DNA of 38,034 nt from an uncultured Atopobium sp. (GTDB lineage Bacteria > Actinomycetota > Coriobacteriia > Coriobacteriales > Atopobiaceae). The position numbers and the translations under genes were made by a program. A model generated the notes under the pieces. That model had not been told where the DNA came from. It worked only from the letters and a program-made list of their open reading frames with translations, and searched no databases. Positions 1-8,606 of this stretch are shown in pieces (position 1 is the first letter of the stretch; the number at the start of each line of letters is the position of its first letter). The stretch is from positions 1-38,034 of the forward strand of contig CAZEHG010000001.1 of NCBI GenBank assembly GCA_964512475.1, given 5' to 3'.

Positions 1-55
1 GGCGAAGCACCGCGGAGACGCGATCGGCATCGCATCGGCGCACCACCGCAAAGGC
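1..55 (+). repeat. Terminal overlap identical to 37980-38034
   Basis: Exact 55-nt identity, typical of a k=55 assembler overlap. It lies inside the 73-bp tandem repeat. Confidence 0.95.
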
Positions 56-181
56 CCAGCATGGAAGAGCGGAGGCGAAGCACCGCGGAGACGCGATCGG
101 CATCGCATCGGCGCACCACCGCAAAGGCACAGAAAAGACCCGATCAGCAGCGCAGGGGAAAAGCCTCGTGAGCGAAGCTCC
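1..181 (+). repeat. Continuation of the period-5 G[C/A]NNN array downstream of the RAMP gene
   Basis: Parses as g gcgaa gcacc gcgga gacgc gatcg gcatc gcatc g gcgca ccacc gcaaa g gccca gcatg gaaga gcgga g ... gcaaa g gcaca gaaaa gaccc gatca gcagc gcagg g gaaaa gcctc gtga gcgaa gctcc. The 73-bp period is visible at positions 1 and 74. Confidence 0.85.
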
Positions 182-215
182 GCCGCCCGCCGCGAACAAG
201 CGAAAGGAAACAGAA

Positions 216-650
216 ATGACCGAGAACAAAGGAATCGCCCGCCTTAGGGCCATCGTGCAGAACCAGTCCGACCTCGGCGAGGTCGAGGTGGTTATCCCGC
301 TCGAAGACGCCGAGCGCCTGCTCGACGAGCTGGAAGAGGAGACGATCCAGAACGAGCTCGCGGCGGCGGCCAAGTGGCACCGCAAGTACATCGAGCTTTG
401 GAAGAAGTTCGGCCTGGACGAGTCCGACCGGGGCCACTACCTGGGCGACAGGGTCGTGACGTGCTCGCGCGCCCTGCGCTCGATGCTCGCCGGCTGGGAG
501 CGCGGCGAGCGCGCCCCGCTCGCCTGCGCCTACTGGGCCGCGGCTGCCTTCAAGTACCTGTGGCGCTTCCCGCTCAAGGGTGCGCCGAAGGAGGACCTGA
601 CAAAGGCCGTCGACTGCGCGAACCGCGCGCTTGAGGCATGGGAGGGGTAA
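216..650 (+). CDS. DUF3310-like phage protein
   Basis: RBS AAGGA before ATG216. Motif HY...AFKYLWRFPLKG..EDLTKA matches the DUF3310 pattern. Confidence 0.7.
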   Translation: MTENKGIARLRAIVQNQSDLGEVEVVIPLEDAERLLDELEEETIQNELAAAAKWHRKYIELWKKFGLDESDRGHYLGDRVVTCSRALRSMLAGWERGERAPLACAYWAAAAFKYLWRFPLKGAPKEDLTKAVDCANRALEAWEG

Positions 651-652
651 CG

Positions 653-1039
653 ATGAGCGGCGGGCACTTCGACTACAAGAACTGGGAGGTCGCCGAGACG
701 TTCGAGAACCAGTTCGAGGACAGGGAGCTGAACGACCTGTTCAGCGACCTGTTCTGCGCGCCAATCAGCGAGCGCCGATCCGGCGGCGTGGTTGGCGCGC
801 TCGACCTCTACAAGAGCGCCGACTGGTCGCGCGACAGCTACCTGGCCGTCGTGCGCAGGTTCAAGAGGAAGTGGTTCAAGACCTCCCGCGACAAGCGCCT
901 GCAAGGCTACGTGGACGCCGCGTGCGGGAGCCTGAAAAGAGAGCTGACCGAGCTTATCGGCGCGAGCGCGCAGGAAGCCGACGGCCGCGATACCAAGCCG
1001 GCGGAGGTCTCGGCCATCGACCTGGATGGGGAGGACTAG
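653..1039 (+). CDS. Hypothetical phage protein
   Basis: GGAGG RBS, ATG653, tightly packed in the operon. Confidence 0.75.
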   Translation: MSGGHFDYKNWEVAETFENQFEDRELNDLFSDLFCAPISERRSGGVVGALDLYKSADWSRDSYLAVVRRFKRKWFKTSRDKRLQGYVDAACGSLKRELTELIGASAQEADGRDTKPAEVSAIDLDGED

Positions 1040-1177
1040 ATGCACTACGGCACGGGCAACAAGGTGGGCGGCAAGAGCAAAGCGGTTGAACGCCTGTTCG
1101 TGCAGGAGCGTTTCGTGGACGAGTACCGCGAGCGAATGCGCGAGGGTGAGCTGCCGTTGTTCGAAGAGGAGGACTGA
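1040..1177 (+). CDS. Small hypothetical protein (45 aa, MHYGTGNKVGG...EEED)
   Basis: GGAGG RBS. Abuts the stop of the upstream gene and the start of the downstream gene. Confidence 0.6.
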   Translation: MHYGTGNKVGGKSKAVERLFVQERFVDEYRERMREGELPLFEEED

Positions 1178-1492
1178 ATGACCGACATCACAGACCAGCA
1201 GCGCCGCGAGGTGGCGGCGAGGTTGCGCGAGCTAGAGCCATGGAGCGCCGAGGGAGACATCGAGGTGGACAAGGTGCTCACCGCGCTCGGCATGGTGTAC
1301 GGCTACACGGACACCGACCTTGAAATAGACAGCGTGCATACCCTCGCCGACCTCATCGACCGCCCGACGTGCCAGAACGTGAGCGCAACGGGCAACTTCG
1401 CTTGCTCCGAGTGCGGCGCTGATTACGCCATGAGTATCGATGTTTTGCGATATTGCCCCGACTGCGGCGCGGAGGTGGTTGGCTATGAATAG
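1178..1492 (+). CDS. Zinc-ribbon phage protein
   Basis: C-terminal CSECG...YCPDCG and a GGAGG RBS. Confidence 0.75.
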   Translation: MTDITDQQRREVAARLRELEPWSAEGDIEVDKVLTALGMVYGYTDTDLEIDSVHTLADLIDRPTCQNVSATGNFACSECGADYAMSIDVLRYCPDCGAEVVGYE

Positions 1493-2018
1493 GGACGAGC
1501 TGCAAGAGGTGCTCGACGAGCACAAGAAGTGGCTGAGCTGCGAGGAAGGCGGCAACAGGGCCGACCTGAGCGGGGCCGACCTGCACGAGGCCGACCTGAG
1601 CGGGGCCGACCTGAGCGGGGCCGACCTGAGCGGTGCGGAGGGTTCCCAGCTCGCGCTCGCCCAGGTTCGGATCCTGCCGGAAGGCACGCTGATCGGCTGG
1701 AAAGCTTGCAGGTGCCACACGGCCACCAACGTTTTGCGCCGTGTGCTCGTGAAGCTAGAGATCCCCGCCGACGCGAGGCGCTCCAACGCCGGCGGCCGCA
1801 AGTGCCGCGCCTCGAAGGCCAAGGTGCTCGCGATCTACAACATGGACGGCAGCGATTGCGGCGACGTCGAGGCGCGCTCCATCCACGACGCATCGTTCGT
1901 TTACCGTGTCGGCGAGACCGCGGAGCCGCGCGAGCCGTTCGACGAGGACCCGCTCGCCGCGTGCGCGAGCGGCATCCACTTCTTCATAACCCGGGAGGAG
2001 GCGGAGGCATATGTCTAG
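1485..2018 (+). CDS. Pentapeptide-repeat protein with DUF5758-like C-terminal domain
   Basis: ADLSG repeats (15-bp DNA repeat around 1560-1636), then KCRASKAKV...CASGIHFFITREEA. Confidence 0.85.
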   Translation: MNRDELQEVLDEHKKWLSCEEGGNRADLSGADLHEADLSGADLSGADLSGAEGSQLALAQVRILPEGTLIGWKACRCHTATNVLRRVLVKLEIPADARRSNAGGRKCRASKAKVLAIYNMDGSDCGDVEARSIHDASFVYRVGETAEPREPFDEDPLAACASGIHFFITREEAEAYV

Positions 2019-2063
2019 CGCGCACATGCCGAGGCGCCGCAACGAGGAGAGGGGGCGCATCTG

Positions 2064-2531
2064 ATGGGCGGCTACGCCTGGTCGCCCGCCGAGGAGGCCG
2101 TGCTGCGCAGGCACTACGCCGACGAGGGCGCGGGCGTGGCCCGCCGCCTGCCGGGCCGCACGCAGTGCGCGTGCTACGTCCGCGCGTGCGAGCTCGGGCT
2201 GGGCTCCGGCAAACGGAGGCGCTGGACGCCCGAGGAGGAGGCGCTGCTCTGCGCGCACTACCCGTTCATGGGCGGCCCCGCCCTCGCCCGCTCAGGCATG
2301 CTGCCGGGGCGGAACGCGAGCATGATCTGGGCCCACGCGAACGACGCGCTCGGCCTGCGACGCCGGCGCTGCCGCGCGTGGACGCGCAGGGAGGACCGCG
2401 CCGTCGTGAAGTGCATACCCCGCCTGGAGCGCCGGCCGGACGCGCGGGCGCTGGAACGCCTCGCGGCCGCGCTCGGGCGCGACGTGGCCGACGTGGCCGC
2501 GCGGATGATTGCCCTGAAGGAGGCCGCATGA
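2064..2531 (+). CDS. Myb/SANT-like repeat DNA-binding protein
   Basis: Three W[ST]xxE[ED] repeats (WSPAEE, WTPEEE, WTRRED). Confidence 0.65.
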   Translation: MGGYAWSPAEEAVLRRHYADEGAGVARRLPGRTQCACYVRACELGLGSGKRRRWTPEEEALLCAHYPFMGGPALARSGMLPGRNASMIWAHANDALGLRRRRCRAWTRREDRAVVKCIPRLERRPDARALERLAAALGRDVADVAARMIALKEAA

Positions 2532-2581
2532 CGTACACGCTGGGAGAGGTTTGATCAACCGCGCGCGGAAGGAGATGAGGC

Positions 2582-2806
2582 ATGAAACCTGATGACGGGC
2601 TGGATTGGCTGCGCGACGAGGCTGCGGAGTGGGCCGCGACAGAGGAGGACTACGCCTCCGTGGCGGTTGACGACCTCATGATCGCCGTCCTCGCGGCGCT
2701 CACGGAGCGCGACCTGTTGCGCCGCGAGCGTGACGAGCTGCGCTGCGAGCGCGACGAGCTGCGCGAGGGGATTGAGGGCGCTCTGCGCGAACTCGACGGG
2801 CTGTGA
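2582..2806 (+). CDS. Hypothetical coiled-coil protein
   Basis: RBS present, ERDELR repeats. Confidence 0.65.
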   Translation: MKPDDGLDWLRDEAAEWAATEEDYASVAVDDLMIAVLAALTERDLLRRERDELRCERDELREGIEGALRELDGL

Positions 2807-2902
2807 GCCGATTCAAGGCCCTAGAAACGCCTGCCCGCACCCGCATAAGGGGCGGGCGCTAATCGGGCCGCTACGGTCAAGCTAGACAACGGAGAATCGA
2901 TT

Positions 2903-3202
2903 ATGGGAGCAAAGACAATCATCAACCTGGGGCGCGGCTACCGCCTGCGCCAATACGACCGCCGGAACTGGCAGCTTGAGGAGTTCCGCGCGGCCGACCC
3001 CAACAAGACCAAGGACGCCTCCGCCAAGTGGCGTCCCTGCGACAGGTACTTCCAGTCGGTCCGCGGCGCTCTTGAGTGGATAGTCGACCACGAGATGATC
3101 GCGGACGGCGGGGAGCACGACGTCCGCGACGTCTACGAGCGCGAGCTGGGCATCCTGCGCGAGGTGGCGCAAGCCGCCGAGGCGATAGAGGCCGCGCTGT
3201 GA
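2903..3202 (+). CDS. Hypothetical phage protein
   Basis: GGAG RBS and high-GC3 codon usage. Confidence 0.7.
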   Translation: MGAKTIINLGRGYRLRQYDRRNWQLEEFRAADPNKTKDASAKWRPCDRYFQSVRGALEWIVDHEMIADGGEHDVRDVYERELGILREVAQAAEAIEAAL

Positions 3203-3267
3203 CGCGTCCGCCGACCTGCTAAAATGGGTGAGTTGCACAAACCCTTGGCACAAGGAGGGCCGCCGTG

Positions 3268-3792
3268 ATGTTCCCCGATATGCGCGCGCTGGACTTCTTC
3301 TGCGAGGTGAACCGCCGGGCGGCCGAGGTCGAGCGGTACCGGGGGCGCGTGTCGCTGATGGAGCACAGGCGCGAGGTCAAGGCGCAGGGCTACGGCCCCG
3401 CGACCTCGGGCACCCGCGCCGACGTGAACGGCACGGCGGCGTCGATCGCGCTCATGGACTTCGAGGAGCGCAAGCGCCGGGAGGTGGACGAGCATTACCG
3501 ATGGATAGAGACGGCCTCGAAGGCCTGCTTCGGCGCGGACGAGCGAGGCGGCGGCGGTCTGTGCGCCCTTCTCGGCTCCACCGTCGCGGAGGCGGTGTAT
3601 CTGCACTACGCCGAGAACATGACGTGGGCCGCCACCGCGCGCGCCGTGGGCCTCTCCGAGTCGCAGGCCGAGCGCAAGGCCGAGAGCGGCGTGGCCGCGT
3701 GCGACCTCATAGGCTACGCCGGCCTCATCGCGCCTTACCGCAAGCCCGCGCCCTGGGACGGTGCCGAGCCCGCGCCCGTCGTGGCGTGCTGA
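3268..3792 (+). CDS. RinA/ArpU-like late transcription activator
   Basis: AAGGAGG RBS. C-terminal HTH YLHYAENMTWAATARAVGLSESQA. Position at the end of the early operon, before the packaging genes. Confidence 0.65.
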   Translation: MFPDMRALDFFCEVNRRAAEVERYRGRVSLMEHRREVKAQGYGPATSGTRADVNGTAASIALMDFEERKRREVDEHYRWIETASKACFGADERGGGGLCALLGSTVAEAVYLHYAENMTWAATARAVGLSESQAERKAESGVAACDLIGYAGLIAPYRKPAPWDGAEPAPVVAC

Positions 3793-3819
3793 GCCGAATC
3801 GTTCGGAGAGGAGGCCGTT

Positions 3820-4401
3820 ATGGCCTGGAGAAGCGTCACGTCGAACGAGCCCATCGACTGGGTCTGCGGCTACTGCGGCAACATCGTCGGCGGGACCAGC
3901 GGATATAAGCGCGAGCTGCGCGCGGACTCGTCTGAGTTCGACCACAGCAAGATCTATATCTGCCCGAGGTGCGAGCGCCCGACGGCGTTCATCTGCTCCG
4001 GCTGCGGACGCGTCGACCAGGTGCCAGGACCTATGGAAGGCTCCTCGGTGCAAGGTTTGCCGGAAACTGTCTCGGCCCTCTATGACGAGATACGTAAATG
4101 CATCCAGGTCGGCGCGAACACGTCGGCTGTACTCTCGTCGCGCAAGATGCTCATGCACATCGCCGTGGACAGGGGAGCCGCGGAGGGCATGACGTTCAAC
4201 GAGTACATCGGCTACCTCGATCAGGCGCACTATATCCCGCCGGACGGGCGCGCATGGGTGGACGAGGTCAGGAAGCGCAGCAACGAGCAGAACCACGAGA
4301 TAGCCATAGCCACGCGCGAAGACGCCGTTCAGCTGCTTGACTTCATCGAGATGCTGCTCAGGTTCATATACGAGTTCCCGGCGCGGATTCGCCGGAAGTA
4401 G
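3820..4401 (+). CDS. DUF4145 (HEPN-like) protein with N-terminal Zn ribbon; moron
   Basis: CGYCG...CPRCE, then LYDEIRKC...SAVLSSRKMLM...VRKRSNEQNH with an R-x-N-x3-H-like motif. Confidence 0.75.
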   Translation: MAWRSVTSNEPIDWVCGYCGNIVGGTSGYKRELRADSSEFDHSKIYICPRCERPTAFICSGCGRVDQVPGPMEGSSVQGLPETVSALYDEIRKCIQVGANTSAVLSSRKMLMHIAVDRGAAEGMTFNEYIGYLDQAHYIPPDGRAWVDEVRKRSNEQNHEIAIATREDAVQLLDFIEMLLRFIYEFPARIRRK

Positions 4402-4403
4402 CA

Positions 4404-4439
4404 AAGCCCTCTCGCCGATGCGCGGGAGGGCTATTTTCA
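4404..4439 (+). terminator. Intrinsic terminator
   Basis: agccctctcgc-cgat-gcgcgggagggct stem followed by atttt. Confidence 0.7.
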
Positions 4440-4440
4440 T

Positions 4441-4510
4441 GCGAAGAAATATGGAAATATCCCTATACGAGATATAGGGTCTGTGCTATAATATAGATAG
4501 CGAAGGGAGG
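4441..4510 (+). promoter_or_regulatory. AT-rich sigma70-type promoter with operator palindrome
   Basis: Extended -10 TGcTATAAT around 4483-4492 and inverted repeat ccctata-cgaga-tataggg overlapping the -35 region. Confidence 0.7.
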
Positions 4511-4518
4511 TGGTCAGG

Positions 4519-4641
4519 TTGGACGAATTGTTTAAGGACTTACTGGTAACGACCTACGGCGTTGTCCTTGCCGTCCTGCTTCAGCTTCTGGTCGATTACC
4601 TAAAAGAAAAGACCCCGAAGCGGCCTGGAAAGCACTTCTAG
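4519..4641 (+). CDS. 40-aa single-TM peptide (type I toxin-like)
   Basis: GGAGGT RBS, TTG start, MDELFKDLLVTTYGVVLAVLLQLLVDYLKEKTPKRPGKHF. Confidence 0.6.
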   Translation: MDELFKDLLVTTYGVVLAVLLQLLVDYLKEKTPKRPGKHF

Positions 4642-4712
4642 AGGTCTTAGCAACAAGGTGGCCCGTCTTCGCGGGCGGGTCACCGCACTTCGAATCATAG
4701 GAGGTTCAGAAC

Positions 4713-4796
4713 ATGGACGCAAGAAGATGGGTGCTTTTTGTCGTGGCCTTCGTTATCGCCACGGTCGTTATCCGTCTCATGAAGAGGGGGAAGTAA
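4713..4796 (+). CDS. 27-aa single-TM peptide
   Basis: AGGAGGT RBS, MDARRWVLFVVAFVIATVVIRLMKRGK, and its TAA overlaps the next ATG. Confidence 0.6.
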   Translation: MDARRWVLFVVAFVIATVVIRLMKRGK

Positions 4797-5047
4797 TGCC
4801 GCTCACCGACGCGCAGAAGAGGGCGCAGGAGAACTACCGGAAGAAGTCCGTCAAGCAGGTCGCCGTTCGTTTCTACCCTGCCGACGCGGATATATGGGAG
4901 TGGCTCCAGTCGCGCGAGAACCGCCAAGGCTATATCCGAGACCTCATCCGCGCCGACATGGAGAGGGGCCGAGCCGGAAACCATGACCCGCGATGGCCCG
5001 GCATGACCCGCGATGAACCGCCGCGGGGCGCGTTCGGCGCGGTATAA
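4796..5047 (+). CDS. Ribbon-helix-helix-like regulator / antitoxin
   Basis: MPLTDAQKRAQENYRKK..VKQVAVRF...QGYIRDLIRADM, a typical phage RHH signature. Confidence 0.65.
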   Translation: MPLTDAQKRAQENYRKKSVKQVAVRFYPADADIWEWLQSRENRQGYIRDLIRADMERGRAGNHDPRWPGMTRDEPPRGAFGAV

Positions 5048-5118
5048 CTAGGCTGTGCGAAAGCGCACGAGAGAATCAGCGAGGCCCTGCGACGCGCGGG
5101 GCCTTTTGTTTTAAGGCG

Positions 5119-5961
5119 GTGGGTTTGAGCCAGTCGCGCATATCGTTCGAGGACTACGAGGGCTTCGTCGAGAAGTTCAAGCCGAAGAAGACCACCGACG
5201 ACTGCTTCACCCCGCCCGAGATATACGCCGTCGTGCTCGACTACGTGCGCGAGCGGTGGGGCGTGGAGGAGGCCGACGTCGTGCGGCCGTTCTGGCCGGG
5301 CGGCGATTACGAGTCGTTCGACTACCCGGACGGCTGCTGCGTGGTCGACAACCCGCCGTTCTCGATGCTTTCGAAGATCCAGGCGTTCTACCTTGAGCGC
5401 GGCGTCCGGTTCTTCCTGTTCGCGCCGTCGCTCACCTGCCTCTCCGGCAAGAACTGCATGCGGATCGACCACATCGTCTGCAATTGCAGCATCACCTACG
5501 CCAACGGCGCCGTGGTGCGCACCGGGTTCGTCACGAACCTGGACGAGGAGCATGTGCTGGAGGCCGACCCCGAGCTGGGCGACAGGCTCAACGCCGCCAA
5601 CGCCGCCCGCCTCAAGGCGCAGAAGAAGGCCGTCGGGAACTACGTCTACCCGGACGAGGTCATAACATCCGCCCGCGCGCAATACTTCGCGGCGCACGGC
5701 ACGCCGTTCAGGGTCAGGCGCAAGGACGCCTGCCGCATCTCCAAGCTCGACGCGCAGGCCGCGCAGGGCAAGGCGTTGTTCGGCTGCGGGCTGCTGCTGA
5801 GTAAGTCCGCCGCCGCCGAACGCGCCGCCGCCGAGCGCGCCGCCGCCGAACGCGCCGCCGCCGAACGCGCCGCCGCCGAACGCGCCGCCGCCGAACGCGC
5901 CGCCGCCACTGTCTGGCAGCTGTCCGACCGTGAGCGGGCCATGCAGGCCCTGCTCGGCTGA
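5119..5961 (+). CDS. Phage adenine-specific DNA methyltransferase-like protein
   Basis: TDDCFTP N-terminal motif and VVDNPPF catalytic motif IV. Confidence 0.75.
   Translation: MGLSQSRISFEDYEGFVEKFKPKKTTDDCFTPPEIYAVVLDYVRERWGVEEADVVRPFWPGGDYESFDYPDGCCVVDNPPFSMLSKIQAFYLERGVRFFLFAPSLTCLSGKNCMRIDHIVCNCSITYANGAVVRTGFVTNLDEEHVLEADPELGDRLNAANAARLKAQKKAVGNYVYPDEVITSARAQYFAAHGTPFRVRRKDACRISKLDAQAAQGKALFGCGLLLSKSAAAERAAAERAAAERAAAERAAAERAAAERAAATVWQLSDRERAMQALLG
5809..5907 (+). repeat. 15-bp tandem repeat x6.6 encoding (AAAER)6
   Basis: gccgccgccga(a/g)cgc repeated. Confidence 0.95.
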
Positions 5962-5997
5962 CCTCTCATCTTCCAACACGAACCGAAGGAGCCGCGC

Positions 5998-6204
5998 ATG
6001 GTCTCTCGCCCCGACATGCTGCGCATCGCGCGCCGACACGACACCGTCGTGGCCCACGCGATGATGCGCGCGCTCGGCTACGAGCCGTCCCCCTGGCATC
6101 AGCCAAAGCGCCGCCGCAGGAAGGGGAGGCGCCCGCGCGACGCCCGCTACGACGGCATGCTCGAGTGCTTCGCCAACCACGGCTCGCCGATGGACATGAG
6201 GTGA
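5998..6204 (+). CDS. Small basic hypothetical protein
   Basis: AAGGAG RBS, and the stop overlaps the GTG of the HNH gene. Confidence 0.6.
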   Translation: MVSRPDMLRIARRHDTVVAHAMMRALGYEPSPWHQPKRRRRKGRRPRDARYDGMLECFANHGSPMDMR

Positions 6205-6605
6205 GCGGCCCCAACCGCTACGCCAACGGGAGCGCCCGCCGCAAGGTGAGGGCGTGGCTCAGGGCCCAGGGCCTGCCGTGCCACATCTGCGGGCGAGCCA
6301 TCGACTACTCGCTGCCCGCCGGCCACCCGATGAGCTTCGAGGTGGACGAGATCGTGCCGGTGAGCCGCGGCGGCTCGCCCATCGACCGCTCCAACGTCGC
6401 GCCCGCGCACCGCATCTGCAACGAGCGGCGAGGGAACAAGCCGCTGCCCAAAGCGGCGAAGACGCGGCCGCAACCGATGACCAACGGCGCGAGAACCGCC
6501 GCAGGTCTGCCGGAAGCATCGACGCGCGACGTCTGCGCGGCCATTGCCGACGCCTACGGCCCGCGCGCGTTCGACCTCACGACGGAGGACGCGAGCGTGT
6601 TCTAG
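6201..6605 (+). CDS. Packaging-associated HNH endonuclease
   Basis: CHICG...VDEIVPVSRGG...NVAPAHRICN, directly upstream of terS. Confidence 0.85.
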   Translation: MSGPNRYANGSARRKVRAWLRAQGLPCHICGRAIDYSLPAGHPMSFEVDEIVPVSRGGSPIDRSNVAPAHRICNERRGNKPLPKAAKTRPQPMTNGARTAAGLPEASTRDVCAAIADAYGPRAFDLTTEDASVF

Positions 6606-6706
6606 GCAAGAGGGTGGGGTATGCCCCTCCCAGGCCCCCCGCGGGCGCGCCCCCGCGGCATAGCGCCTTTTTTGCGGAGGGTCAGAAACCGAGTCCAAAC
6701 GAGGGG

Positions 6707-7165
6707 GTGTTTGGAACGTCCAAACAGTCCAAACATCGGCAGGGCGAGCCGCTCACGGCCCAAGAGCGCAAGTTTATCGAGAACGCTTACCCGGCTCTCG
6801 GACCTGCGGCGATTGCGAGCAAGCTCGGCCGCTCGCGCTCCGGCGTCTGCTATGTGATCAAGCAACTAAAGGATTCGGGCGTCATCGAGTCCAATCCCGC
6901 GACTAATGAGACGTCCAAGAAGGACGTTCCCGGATCGCCCCCGCACGACGCCGAGGACGGCAGGCAAGACACGCTCGGGCGCCTGCGCTGGGTGCGCTCG
7001 CTGCTCGAGCGGCAGCTCTACGACGCCGAGCCGACTTCGGCCGCGAGGCTCGCCAAGGAGTACCGCGACACGATAGAGGCTATCGACAGGCTAGAGAAGG
7101 ACGGGGGCGGCGAGAATGACATCATCGGCCAGTTCGCCGACGTCCTCGCCAAGAGGCTCGGCTGA
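6707..7165 (+). CDS. terS: Terminase small subunit (probable)
   Basis: N-terminal HTH, ends overlapping terL. The GTG6707 start is uncertain. Confidence 0.65.
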   Translation: MFGTSKQSKHRQGEPLTAQERKFIENAYPALGPAAIASKLGRSRSGVCYVIKQLKDSGVIESNPATNETSKKDVPGSPPHDAEDGRQDTLGRLRWVRSLLERQLYDAEPTSAARLAKEYRDTIEAIDRLEKDGGGENDIIGQFADVLAKRLG

Positions 7166-8606
7166 GCCGCGCCTCTACCTCACGCACCCCTGGGAGAAGA
7201 CCATAGGCGACGTCGCCGCCGACATGGCCCCGTCGATGGGCTACGAGCTCCTGCCCTGGCAGCGCGATTTCCTGAGCGACATGGGCGCCGTTGACCAATC
7301 GGGCAAGTGGGTACACCCGCGTGTCGGCGAGTCCGTGCCCAGGCAGCAGGGCAAGAGCGTCGACCTGATCGTGTGGGCCGGCGTGCTCGCCGCCGTCATG
7401 GGCTACAAGGTCCTGTGGACCGAGCACAACTACTCGACCACAATGGAGATGCTGGAGCGTTTCCGCGCCATCTTCGGGCGCCGGCCGCACGATACCGCCA
7501 TGGGCCGCGACGGGTGGAAAGACCAGCTCGTCGCGGTCTGCTCGCAGACAGGCCAGGAGTGGATGCGCTTTCGCTCGGGCGGCGTGATCCAGTTCTCCAC
7601 GAGGACGAAGTCAAGCCGGCTCGGCTTCTCGTTCGACGTCGTCGTGTATGACGAGGCGCAAGAGCTGACCGGCGTGCACACGCAGGTCATCGCCCCGACC
7701 ACCACGTCCGGCGACAAGCACAACCTGCAGCTCATCTACTCCGGGACGCCGACCCGCGCGGGCAACCCCGCCGAAACGTTCCGCAACGTCCGCAAACAGG
7801 CGTGGGAGGGCGGCGAGAAGTCCGATGACCTCATGTGGCTCGAGTACGGCGTCGAGGAGGTCGGCGACATCTGGGACGAGTCCCGCTGGTGGGCCGTCAT
7901 GCCGTCTCTCGGCTACCACGCCGACCTGCGCGCCATCCGCGCGGGCATGAAGGATATGGACGAGCTCGCCGCCGCGCAGGAATACCTCGGGTACTGGCTT
8001 CCCGACGTCGAGCAGGTCGAGCCGCCGCTCATCGGTGAAGAGCTGTGGGCGCGCTCGCGCGTCGATGCGCGACCCGACCCCGGCCCCGGCGCCAAGGTTG
8101 CCTACGGCGTGCGCTTCAGCGCCGACGGCTCATATATGGCGCTCGCCGTGGCGCAGCGGGCGAGGGACGGCCGCACTCACCTGTCGTTGCCGTTCTGCGA
8201 GCGCACCGACGGCGAGGGTGGGACGGCCTGGGTCGTGTCGTGGCTCGCCGCCCGCGCGAGCCGCGCGTCGTGCGCGTGCGTGGACGGCAAGGCGGGCGCC
8301 GGCACGGTCTGCGACGCGCTCGACGCGCTCGGCATGCCTCGCGGCTACGTCATGCGGCCGACCTCAGACGAGGCCATCACCGCAGCGAACCTGATACTCC
8401 AGGCCGCGCGCGACCGCTCCGCGACGCACGTCGCGAACGACGCGCTCGACCTGTCCGCCGCCACGTCGACCCGCCGCGCGATCGGAAAGGCCGGCGGCTG
8501 GGGCTTCGGCGGAGAGAGCGCCGCGCCCATAGAGGCGTGCGGGCTCGCGCTGCTCGCGTTGCAGAACTCGAAGAGGAACCCGACCAGGAAGGCGAGGGTC
8601 TACTAG
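7116..8606 (+). CDS. terL: Terminase large subunit
   Basis: Walker A VPRQQGKS, Walker B VVVYDEAQ, coupling motif SGTP. Confidence 0.95.
   Translation: MTSSASSPTSSPRGSAEPRLYLTHPWEKTIGDVAADMAPSMGYELLPWQRDFLSDMGAVDQSGKWVHPRVGESVPRQQGKSVDLIVWAGVLAAVMGYKVLWTEHNYSTTMEMLERFRAIFGRRPHDTAMGRDGWKDQLVAVCSQTGQEWMRFRSGGVIQFSTRTKSSRLGFSFDVVVYDEAQELTGVHTQVIAPTTTSGDKHNLQLIYSGTPTRAGNPAETFRNVRKQAWEGGEKSDDLMWLEYGVEEVGDIWDESRWWAVMPSLGYHADLRAIRAGMKDMDELAAAQEYLGYWLPDVEQVEPPLIGEELWARSRVDARPDPGPGAKVAYGVRFSADGSYMALAVAQRARDGRTHLSLPFCERTDGEGGTAWVVSWLAARASRASCACVDGKAGAGTVCDALDALGMPRGYVMRPTSDEAITAANLILQAARDRSATHVANDALDLSAATSTRRAIGKAGGWGFGGESAAPIEACGLALLALQNSKRNPTRKARVY

Noticed and set aside
1..55. Biological direct terminal repeat
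   Set aside because: The length equals a common assembler k-mer and it lies within a tandem repeat, so an assembly overlap is more likely.
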